Of a DNA stretch of 64,000 bases, positions 26,877 to 34,084 are shown in pieces. How positions within the stretch are numbered: position 1 is the first letter of the stretch; each line of letters opens with the position of its first letter. The stretch comes from an uncultured Candidatus Melainabacteria bacterium (GTDB lineage: Bacteria; Cyanobacteriota; Vampirovibrionia; Gastranaerophilales; Gastranaerophilaceae), in contig CAKVIN010000010.1 of the NCBI GenBank assembly GCA_934754425.1, positions 15,075 through 79,074 of the forward strand. Reading direction: 5' to 3'. Under the pieces are notes generated by a model. The model searched no databases. It was not told the origin of the DNA and saw nothing but the letters and a program-made list of their open reading frames with translations. The position numbers and the translations under genes are program-made.

Positions 26877-27578
26877 TTATTTTTTAGTTTGAGTTCTTGT
26901 TTTAATTTTATCTTCGATATCACTTGCGGTAGAAACTTGTTCTAATAAATTATTTCCTGATTCTACTGCTTTTTTACCGGCTTCTCTTTCTGCTGATTTA
27001 TTCCAACCACCAAATGTTTTTCTCCAGAAAGATTTTCTCTTATCTTTCATTTCTGATAGCGGTGTTCCTTTTTCTACGGCAGTATTTCCATAATCAGTAG
27101 CAATTTCAGCCTTTGAACGGTGTCCTTTTGCTTTTTCTCCTGTATCTTTGACTTTAGAATTTATGTCTTCAATTTTTGTATTTGTATCACTTGTTAAACC
27201 GGCGATTTCATCATCAATTAATTTAACCTTGTCTTCGTCTTCTTCAGATAAACCGTCATCTCCTGCGGCAGCCAAAATTTTATTTTTTTCAGCTTCTTGT
27301 GCCTTAATCTTAGCTTCCAATTCTTGTTGTAAAGCTTCAACTTCTTTTAATTCAGTATCTATTTCAACAAAATATTCATTTTGGTCATCTATAATTTGGT
27401 CGTAACTTTCAGACATAGCTTTACACATATTTGTAAGTGTATTAGCTTTTTGTATATCACTTTGCACAAAGCCAATAAATCCGGCAAAACCAACAGCATA
27501 GTCGCCTGCAAGTGCTCCATTATTCCAAACATCTGCAGCTTTTACATTTTGTCCGATTTTCCAAACATCAGCCATCAT
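26877..27578 (-). CDS. Coiled-coil protein, unknown function (paralog of 26035..26781)
   Basis: 233 aa. N-terminal hydrophobic Gly-rich stretch (GALAGDYAVGFAGFIGFV), then IIDDQNEYFVEIDTELKEVEALQ, ATDYGNTAVEKG and KKAVESGNNLLE. Confidence 0.55.
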   Translation of the reverse strand: MMADVWKIGQNVKAADVWNNGALAGDYAVGFAGFIGFVQSDIQKANTLTNMCKAMSESYDQIIDDQNEYFVEIDTELKEVEALQQELEAKIKAQEAEKNKILAAAGDDGLSEEDEDKVKLIDDEIAGLTSDTNTKIEDINSKVKDTGEKAKGHRSKAEIATDYGNTAVEKGTPLSEMKDKRKSFWRKTFGGWNKSAEREAGKKAVESGNNLLEQVSTASDIEDKIKTRTQTKK

Positions 27579-27601
27579 TAATATCCTTGTCTTAATCTTA
27601 C

Positions 27602-27660
27602 AAATATATAAAGTTTTTTTAAAAATATGGATTTCATAAACAATAATTTTCGTTACAAAA
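27602..27660 (-). promoter_or_regulatory. Bipartite module (AACTTTATATATTTG box; TTTTGTAACGAAA palindrome)
   Basis: The box ends ~22 nt before ATG 27578. The palindrome also overlaps the -35 of the divergent deoB promoter. Confidence 0.45.
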
Positions 27661-27679
27661 CTTAAATATGTGGTATAAT
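27652..27679 (+). promoter_or_regulatory. deoB promoter GTTACA-N16-(TGg)TATAAT
   Basis: Extended -10 TGGTATAAT at 27671..27679, about 48 nt before the SD-led ATG 27728. Confidence 0.5.
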
Positions 27680-27727
27680 AACTGTACTTCCTTTCAATCG
27701 GAAGAAAAAATCACAAAAGGAGTTTAC

Positions 27728-28906
27728 ATGAAAAGAGCAGTAATTATTGTAATTGATTCAATGGGTATTGGTGCAATGCCGGATTGCGAAGAATTTGGCG
27801 ATGTAAAAGAATGTAATACCCTAAAAAATGTATGTAAATTTAATGGCGGACTTGATGTCCCTGTTATGGAAGCAATGGGTTTAGGCAATATCCAAGACTT
27901 TGAAGGAATTAAAAAAACGTCTACTCCGATTGCACAATATGGAACATTGCAAGAAAAATCAAAAGGAAAAGACACTACAACAGGACATTGGGAAATTGCA
28001 GGTTTGATTTCAGAAAAACCTTTTGCAACTTATCCAAACGGGTTTCCTAAAGAATTGATTGATAAATTTATTGAAGAAACAGGCTGCAAAGGTATTTTGG
28101 CAAATATTCCGGCTAGTGGTACAGCAATTATAGAAAAATTAAATGATGAACATCATGCAACAAAGTTCCCAATTGTTTATACATCAGCTGATAGTGTTTT
28201 CCAAATTGCACTTGATACGGATATGATACCTTTGGAAACTCTTTATGATTGGTGCAAGATTGCTCGCAGATTGTTGGATGAAGGCGGATATAATACAGCG
28301 AGAGTTATTGCTCGTCCTTATAAGATTATTGATGGTAAACCAACTCGAATTTCTAAAGACAGAAGAGATTATTCTATGGCTCCACCTAAAGATACTGTTT
28401 TAGATAAGGTTAAAAAAGCCGGAGCGAAAGTTATCGGTATCGGTAAAATTGAAGATATTTTTTCAAAAGCAGGTATTACGCACGCAATTCATACAGGCTC
28501 TAACAAAGAAGGTTTAGAATTAACTATTAAAGCTCTTGATAAAAGCTTAGACTTGGATAGCATTAAGTATAATGATGTAAATATCACGGATAATGAAAGA
28601 GAAATTATTTTTACAAACCTTGTTGATACAGATATGTTATTCGGACATAGAAATGACGCTAAAGGTTATGGAAATGCAATAGAAGAAATTGATGATTATT
28701 TAGAAAAAATTCTTCCATTGATAGGAGAAGATGATTTATTGGTAATCACTGCAGACCATGGTTGCGACCCGACTGTAGCGGGAACTGACCATACAAGAGA
28801 ACAAGTTCCGGTTCTTTATTATTCAAAAAACATTGAACCAAAAGATTTAGGAATTGAACAAGGATTTGATACAATTGCTAATAGAATATCCGATTGGTTA
28901 TTTTAA
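27728..28906 (+). CDS. deoB: Phosphopentomutase
   Basis: Start moved to ATG 27728 (AAAGGAG SD). MKRAVIIVIDSMGIG...TTGHWE...DTDMLFGHRND...ITADHGCDPT are DeoB signatures. Confidence 0.9.
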   Translation: MKRAVIIVIDSMGIGAMPDCEEFGDVKECNTLKNVCKFNGGLDVPVMEAMGLGNIQDFEGIKKTSTPIAQYGTLQEKSKGKDTTTGHWEIAGLISEKPFATYPNGFPKELIDKFIEETGCKGILANIPASGTAIIEKLNDEHHATKFPIVYTSADSVFQIALDTDMIPLETLYDWCKIARRLLDEGGYNTARVIARPYKIIDGKPTRISKDRRDYSMAPPKDTVLDKVKKAGAKVIGIGKIEDIFSKAGITHAIHTGSNKEGLELTIKALDKSLDLDSIKYNDVNITDNEREIIFTNLVDTDMLFGHRNDAKGYGNAIEEIDDYLEKILPLIGEDDLLVITADHGCDPTVAGTDHTREQVPVLYYSKNIEPKDLGIEQGFDTIANRISDWLF

Positions 28907-29036
28907 TTTTTAATTTAACATGTATAATAAATGTGTTCGCTTATGGTTGAATTAAATAACTCAAAAATGATAGTGACTGGCATGTTATTTTTGAAAGCGA
29001 ATTTATATAGTCAGTTGATATAAAAGGAGAAAATAA

Positions 29037-29213
29037 ATGAACGTAACTATTAATGATTCATGTATCGGATGCGGCGCTTGCGAATCTATTTGTGACGCTG
29101 TATTCCACGTAGAAGACAAAGCAGAAGTTGTAGCTACAGGTATTGCTGGTAACGAAGAATGTGTTCAAGAAGCTGCAAATGCTTGCCCAGTTTCAGCTAT
29201 CGAAGTTGCTTAG
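29037..29213 (+). CDS. Small [4Fe-4S] ferredoxin (58 aa), not in the ORF track
   Basis: AAAGGAGAA SD 7 nt upstream. MNVTINDSCIGCGACESICDAVF...CVQEAANACPVSAIEVA gives the CxxCxxC...CP pattern, followed by a strong terminator. Confidence 0.85.
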   Translation: MNVTINDSCIGCGACESICDAVFHVEDKAEVVATGIAGNEECVQEAANACPVSAIEVA

Positions 29214-29234
29214 TCTTTGGTAATATTTAGAAAA

Positions 29235-29265
29235 GGCGGGTTCGCATTGCGAACCCGCCTTTTTA
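29235..29265 (+). terminator. Rho-independent terminator of the ferredoxin gene
   Basis: GGCGGGTTCGC-att-GCGAACCCGCC followed by TTTTT. Confidence 0.9.
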
Positions 29266-29370
29266 TTTACCCAAATTCCCTACATCCAATTAAGATTATA
29301 TAAAGACATAAATTAAGTATGCTACACTGGTATTAGAGGATTGGATGCGAAGAGGCTTAGCATTTATTAA

Positions 29371-29625
29371 AATCTAGGAAATGAAGTAAAAAAACAGAAG
29401 CATTCAAATAGTATTTTGCAGAGTAGTACTTAAAGAATTTAGTAGTTTTCAAAAAGCAAAATACGGAACAAAGTTTAAAGGATTTAGTAAGTGAAGTGAA
29501 AAAACAGGAGCATTCAAATAGTATTTTGCAGAGTAGTACTTAAAGAATTTAGTAGTTTTCAAAAAGCAAAATACGGGACAAAGTTTAAATAATCTAGTAA
29601 GTGAAGTAAAAAAAAGGAGGGTATA
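29371..29625 (+). repeat. 110-bp tandem duplication (2 full copies plus ~35 nt) forming the leader of the DegT-type gene
   Basis: 29392..29480 and 29502..29590 differ at only ~3 positions. The truncated third copy supplies AAAAAAGGAGG, the SD of ATG 29631. Confidence 0.85.
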
Positions 29626-29630
29626 GTATT

Positions 29631-30749
29631 ATGATACCAATTTTAGATTCAAAAAGACAATACGCGAAGATTGGCGCAGAAGTAGAAAAAGTTGTATGTG
29701 AAGTTTTACGTTCAGGACAATACATTTTAGGTCCAAACTGTAAAGCATTAGAAAGTGAACTTGCAAAATATATCGGATGCAATTATACAGTAGCTTTAAA
29801 CTCAGGTACAGATGCATTGCATTTAGCTTTGAGAGCTTTAGATATAGGCCAAGGCGATGAAGTTATTACAACTGCATTTACATTCGTTGCTACAACAGAA
29901 GCAATTGGTATCGTTGGTGCAACTCCTGTATTTGCTGATATTGACCCTGATACATTCAATATCGACCCTAAGAAAATTGAAGAAAGAATTACACCAAAAA
30001 CAAAAGCAATTCTTCCGGTACATTTGTATGGTCAACCTTGCGACATGGACGCAATTATGGACATTGCAAAACGTCATAACTTATACGTAATTGAAGACTG
30101 TTGTCAAGCTATCGGTGCTGAATACAAAGGCAAAAAAGTTGGTACATTTGGTGATATCGGATGCTACAGTTTCTATCCAACTAAAAACTTAGGTGGTATG
30201 GGTGATGGCGGTTTAATCACTGTTAATAGCGAAAACTTAAAGAACAGAATTGTTGCTTTAAGAAACCACGGTGGTGCTGTTAGATATTATCACGATGAAA
30301 TTGGTGTTAACTCTCGTTTAGACGAAATCCAAGCAGCAATTTTAAGAGTTAAATTAAATTATATTGATGAATGGAATTCAGCAAGAAGATCACATGCAAA
30401 AACTTATAACGAATTATTTGCAGGTTGTGAAGATATTCAAACTCCAAAAGAATTGGCTGATACATATTGCGTATACCACCAATACACAGTTAAAATTCCT
30501 AACAGAGATAACATCCACAAAATGTTACAAGAAGCTGGTATCGGTGCTATGTTATATTATCCAGTTCCATTACATTTACAAAAAGTTCACGCTCACCTTG
30601 GATGGACTAAAGGTATGTTACCTAATACTGAAAAGGATACAGAATGTGTTATTTCTCTTCCAATGTTCCCAGAATTAACTTTGGAAGAACAAAAAACTGT
30701 TGCATCAACTTTGATTAGCTGTATTGAAAAATCAAAAGCTTTAGCATAA
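29631..30749 (+). CDS. DegT/DnrJ/EryC1/StrS-family PLP-dependent sugar aminotransferase
   Basis: 372 aa with [23 protein letters not shown] and [16 protein letters not shown] (PLP lysine region). Confidence 0.9.
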   Translation: MIPILDSKRQYAKIGAEVEKVVCEVLRSGQYILGPNCKALESELAKYIGCNYTVALNSGTDALHLALRALDIGQGDEVITTAFTFVATTEAIGIVGATPVFADIDPDTFNIDPKKIEERITPKTKAILPVHLYGQPCDMDAIMDIAKRHNLYVIEDCCQAIGAEYKGKKVGTFGDIGCYSFYPTKNLGGMGDGGLITVNSENLKNRIVALRNHGGAVRYYHDEIGVNSRLDEIQAAILRVKLNYIDEWNSARRSHAKTYNELFAGCEDIQTPKELADTYCVYHQYTVKIPNRDNIHKMLQEAGIGAMLYYPVPLHLQKVHAHLGWTKGMLPNTEKDTECVISLPMFPELTLEEQKTVASTLISCIEKSKALA

Positions 30750-30770
30750 GTTTTAGTTTATGTTTCTAAA

Positions 30771-30797
30771 AAGGATGGTTTTGCCATCCTTTTTTTG
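30771..30797 (+). terminator. Rho-independent terminator after the aminotransferase gene
   Basis: AAGGATGG-ttttg-CCATCCTT followed by a T run. Confidence 0.8.
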
Positions 30798-30957
30798 TTA
30801 TTTATAGTTCAAAACATTCCAATTCTTGGAAAAAATTTATAAAATCTTCTCGTGTTACTTTTAATTCTTCAGAAGTGTCATGCGGATTTTTATTATAAAA
30901 AACAACTGATTTAACGCAATATTTGATTTTTTCAAGAATAAATGCTATTTTAAGTAT

Positions 30958-31356
30958 ATGAAAATTTTAGATATTACATCTTTTGAAAAAGCATTGACAA
31001 GCCTAGAATCGATTTTAAACAGATACGAAAAAGACAATTTCGATATTGATATTAGGGATGCTGTTATACAAAGATTTGAATACACATATTCACTTGCATT
31101 AAAAATGATAATACGCTTTATTAATATGCAATCACCGGAAGTATTACCGGATATGACGTTTAATGAAGCAATACGCAAAGCTAATAAACTTGGTTTACTT
31201 AAAAACAATTTAGAAAAATGGACCGAATATAGGCAAAAACGCAATGCAACATCGCATACTTATGATGAAAAAGTTGCAACTGAAGTCTTATCAGTAATTC
31301 CTGATTTTAAAGATGAAGCTGAATTTTTATTAGCACAATTAAAGAAAAATTTATGA
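30958..31356 (+). CDS. HEPN-domain protein, HI0074-type nucleotidyltransferase substrate-binding family (TA toxin candidate), copy 1
   Basis: 132 aa with IQRFEYTYSLALK and RNATSH (Rx4H) motifs. Confidence 0.8.
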   Translation: MKILDITSFEKALTSLESILNRYEKDNFDIDIRDAVIQRFEYTYSLALKMIIRFINMQSPEVLPDMTFNEAIRKANKLGLLKNNLEKWTEYRQKRNATSHTYDEKVATEVLSVIPDFKDEAEFLLAQLKKNL

Positions 31357-31640
31357 TTGATTTAGAAAAAAAATATCTTGATTTTATACAACAAACAATC
31401 GCAAACTATTTGAGAGATTATAAACTCTATATTTTTGGTTCTAGAGCTAAAAATAACGCAAAAGAATATTCTGATATAGATCTTGCAATTGATTCAACAG
31501 AATTAACCCCAGAAATAAAATCCAAAATTGAAGCTTTTTTTGAAGCTTCAACTCTTCCGTACGAAGTAGATATCGTTGATTTAAACAACGTCACTGAAAA
31601 TTTTAAACAATTGATAAAAGAAGACTTGATAAAAATATAA
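31353..31640 (+). CDS. Minimal nucleotidyltransferase (MNT, HI0073-like; antitoxin candidate), copy 1
   Basis: 95 aa with FGSRAKNNAKEYSDIDLAI (GSx10-12DxD). ATGA overlap with the HEPN gene. Confidence 0.8.
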   Translation: MIDLEKKYLDFIQQTIANYLRDYKLYIFGSRAKNNAKEYSDIDLAIDSTELTPEIKSKIEAFFEASTLPYEVDIVDLNNVTENFKQLIKEDLIKI

Positions 31641-31733
31641 AAAAAGAGCCAAGGAACTCTTAGAATTAAAAATAACTGGAAGTATGGAAAAGATTTAATA
31701 TACTTATATTTAATTATTAAAAAAGGAGAAAAA

Positions 31734-32333
31734 ATGGATTCTAGTGTTTTGTTTAATATTGGTTACGGACTTTATGTTGTCACAGCTAAAGATGAAAAAG
31801 ATAATGGTTGCATTATAAATACAGTTATGCAAGTAACGTCAGACCCTTTGCAGATTGCAATAGCAGTAAATAAAAAAAATTTAACCCAACAGATGATTTC
31901 AAAGACTAGAAAATTTAATGTTTCAATACTGACTGAAGAAGCAGATTTTGAAATATTTAAGCATTTTGGTTATCAATCCGGTAGAGATGTTGATAAATTT
32001 GCGAATTTTTTTGATGTAAAACGAAGTGCAAATGGTTTGTATTATATAACAAAAAATACTAATTCATATATGTCAGCTTATGTTCAGCAAGAAATTGATT
32101 TAGGAACGCATAGTTTATTTATAGGTCAATTGGTTGCTTCAGAAAGATTAAGTGAAGCTCCGACAGTAAGTTATGATTTTTATCAAAAAAATATAAAACC
32201 AAAACCTCAAAACGAAAACAAAAAAGGTTGGAGATGTAAGATTTGCGGATATATTTATGAAGGCGAAACTTTGCCTGCTGACTTTGTTTGTCCTGTTTGC
32301 AAACACGGTGCAGTTGATTTTGAAAAACTATAA
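31734..32333 (+). CDS. Flavin reductase-like domain fused to C-terminal rubredoxin (high-molecular-weight rubredoxin-like)
   Basis: N-terminal YGLYVVTAKDEKDNGCIINTVMQVTSDP (flavin reductase-like fold). C-terminal WRCKICGYIYEG...FVCPVCKHG (two CxxC pairs). Confidence 0.75.
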   Translation: MDSSVLFNIGYGLYVVTAKDEKDNGCIINTVMQVTSDPLQIAIAVNKKNLTQQMISKTRKFNVSILTEEADFEIFKHFGYQSGRDVDKFANFFDVKRSANGLYYITKNTNSYMSAYVQQEIDLGTHSLFIGQLVASERLSEAPTVSYDFYQKNIKPKPQNENKKGWRCKICGYIYEGETLPADFVCPVCKHGAVDFEKL

Positions 32334-32457
32334 TACATTAAAAAATGGATTGATTTTAACAAAGAGCTTTGATAAAATCGTTAAATACATTGAAAATAGA
32401 ATACTGGCTAAAGATTTTAATAAACATTCGCTGACTTTATATAAGAAAGGAGGTCGT

Positions 32458-32529
32458 ATGCTAATTAAAATCAGCGAAAAAGAACTACTGATATTAATAT
32501 CAATAGTTCTTTGGCTACAAACCCTTTAA
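32458..32529 (+). CDS. 23-aa hydrophobic peptide (MLIKISEKELLILISIVLWLQTL)
   Basis: AGGAGGT lies 4 nt upstream of the ATG, with a hairpin plus T-rich tract downstream. A paralog lies 221 nt downstream. Confidence 0.5.
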   Translation: MLIKISEKELLILISIVLWLQTL

Positions 32530-32678
32530 TTAGGGTGCGGGCTTGGGTACAACGACTACCCTTGCCTGTATTCTTATTTTAACCGATTTTTCAGATTTTT
32601 CAAGTATAATAAACATTGAAAATAGAATATGGGCTAAAGATTTTAACACATTTTAACTATCAACGAAAGGAGGTTAAA

Positions 32679-32750
32679 ATGATAGTTGAAATCACTGAAA
32701 AAGAACTACTGCTATTACTAGCAATAGTTCTTACACTCAAAGTCCTTTAA
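32679..32750 (+). CDS. 23-aa hydrophobic peptide (MIVEITEKELLLLLAIVLTLKVL)
   Basis: AGGAGGT lies 5 nt upstream of the ATG. Same length and charge/hydrophobic layout as 32458..32529, with hairpin AAGGGTG-aaatcag-CACCCTT downstream. Confidence 0.5.
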   Translation: MIVEITEKELLLLLAIVLTLKVL

Positions 32751-32841
32751 TTAGGGCTACGGGTAAGGGTGAAATCAGCACCCTTGCCTGTATTCTTATT
32801 TTAACTTATTTATTAAAAATTTCAAGTATATGGAAGGTGAT

Positions 32842-33429
32842 ATGAAAACAAAAAAATTAAATGAACTAAAAAATAAATGTTTGAATTGTTTGGCGTGTGA
32901 GTTAGGTCAAACCAGAAACAATGTAGTTTTTTCGGATGGAAATCCTGAAACAGCACGTGCCATATTGATTGGTGAAGCTCCTGGAGAAAATGAAGATAAA
33001 ACAGGAACTCCTTTTGTTGGTAGAGCTGGCAAACTTTTAAACGAGTTTTTAGAAAAAGCCGGAATTTCCAGAGAAGAGGATTTGTATATAATAAATACCG
33101 TAAAATGTCGTCCACCGAAGAATCGTGTTCCATCTGATGATGAAAAAAAAGCTTGTGAAAAATATTTGTTAGAACAGATTAAAATTATAAATCCAAAAGT
33201 TATGATTTTTTGTGGTGCTACAGCGTTAAAATCTTTTTATGATAAGAAAATACAGATTTCAAAAATTAGAGGTGAGATTTTAGAATTAGAAATTGCAGGA
33301 GAGACACGCAATTGTATTCCGATTTTTCATCCGTCGTATCTTTTGAGATATCATTCTTTAGAAGAAGGCAGTCCCAGAGATTTGATGTTGAAAGATTTGA
33401 AAAAAATTAAAGCGTTGATTGACAATTAA
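32842..33429 (+). CDS. Family 4 uracil-DNA glycosylase
   Basis: CxxCxLGQTRNNVVF, GEAPGENEDKTGTPFVGRAGKLL and HPSYLLR motifs. ATG 32842 is preceded by GGAAGGTGA. Confidence 0.85.
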   Translation: MKTKKLNELKNKCLNCLACELGQTRNNVVFSDGNPETARAILIGEAPGENEDKTGTPFVGRAGKLLNEFLEKAGISREEDLYIINTVKCRPPKNRVPSDDEKKACEKYLLEQIKIINPKVMIFCGATALKSFYDKKIQISKIRGEILELEIAGETRNCIPIFHPSYLLRYHSLEEGSPRDLMLKDLKKIKALIDN

Positions 33430-33439
33430 TAATTTGTAG

Positions 33440-33468
33440 TTGAAATTGGTTAAAAAGTGCTTTATACT
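33440..33468 (+). promoter_or_regulatory. Sigma70-type promoter TTGAAA-N17-TATACT upstream of ssrA
   Basis: Good hexamers and spacing. Implies a ~115-nt precursor leader ahead of the mature 5' end. Confidence 0.4.
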
Positions 33469-33590
33469 GTATGTACGAACATTGAAAGTAATATTGGAAT
33501 GAATTGGAAGTTATTGTCAGGCAGTGCCTGACCTACTATTTGCTTTGTGAAGGGTAGCTGGAGCCGTTCATTCCTAAAAAACAACAACAT

Positions 33591-33991
33591 GGGGATGTAC
33601 TGGTTTTGACGCTGTGATTGGTAGATCCGGGTTGCGAGTGCGGGCGCTGTTCCCGCTTATCAACGAGCAAATTAAATTAAATGCTACAGATAATGTTGTA
33701 GTTGCTGATTTCTCTAGAGCTGCTGCTCGTAGAGCTGCATAACAGACTTTGCAGTCAGCCTCTGATACAATCCAGCTTGCCGATTGTATTGGACCACTAT
33801 GCAAGCTGCAGTGTACAGATGATGGTATGTGCATTAAGTTAACCATTGGAGGTTAGGCTTCCGCAAAAAGTCTTTGACTTAGTTCAGGTTTTGTAACTTT
33901 CCGTATTAAGTTGAGCCAATAAGTTACTACACTCGTAGATATTCGTTTTTATCCACAATGGACGTGGGTTCGACTCCCACCATCTCCACCA
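33591..33991 (+). ncRNA. ssrA: tmRNA (SsrA)
   Basis: 5' GGGGATGTACTGGTTTTGACG and 3' GGACGTGGGTTCGACTCCCACCATCTCCACCA form the tRNA-like domain. An internal tag frame starts at GCT 33683 (92 nt in) and ends at TAA 33740..33742. The region is G+C-rich relative to its flanks. Confidence 0.92.
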
Positions 33992-34084
33992 TTTTTATTC
34001 ATCCCACTCTTTTATCCAACTTACCCTGATTTTTGTATATTATTATGATAAAATATTTTATAATAATATTGAGAGAGGGATTTT

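Larger units (their letters stand above)
32388..32835 (+). repeat. Tandem duplication (period 226 bp) of a cassette: conserved 35-nt upstream box, SD, 23-codon ORF and G+C-rich hairpin
   Basis: CATTGAAAATAGAATAyTGGGCTAAAGATTTTAA, AGGAGGT, the ORF and ...CCCTTGCCTGTATTCTTATTTTAAC are all repeated at 32388 and 32614. Confidence 0.8.

Noticed and set aside
29281-29370. A slightly G+C-richer stretch with an ATGCTA...TAGCAT stem upstream of the 110-bp repeats, considered as a possible riboswitch.
   Set aside because: Only one 6-bp stem is visible and there is no recognisable riboswitch core. The evidence is insufficient.
30802-30966. A stop-free minus-strand stretch ending ...VVFYNKNPHDTSEELKVTREDFINFFQELECFEL*, downstream of the aminotransferase terminator.
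   Set aside because: It contains no ATG, GTG or TTG start and runs into the HEPN gene start region. It might be a gene remnant, but there is no basis to call a pseudogene without a homolog.
32257-32529. Listed 90-aa ORF overlapping the end of the flavin reductase-rubredoxin gene.
   Set aside because: It overlaps the 3' end of 31734..32333 out of frame and has no SD. Only its last 23 codons, behind AGGAGGT, are duplicated as a cassette. It was replaced by the 23-aa ORF 32458..32529.
33574-33846. Listed 90-aa ORF on the minus strand.
   Set aside because: It lies entirely antisense within the tmRNA gene, and its G+C-rich codons reflect RNA structure. It is spurious.
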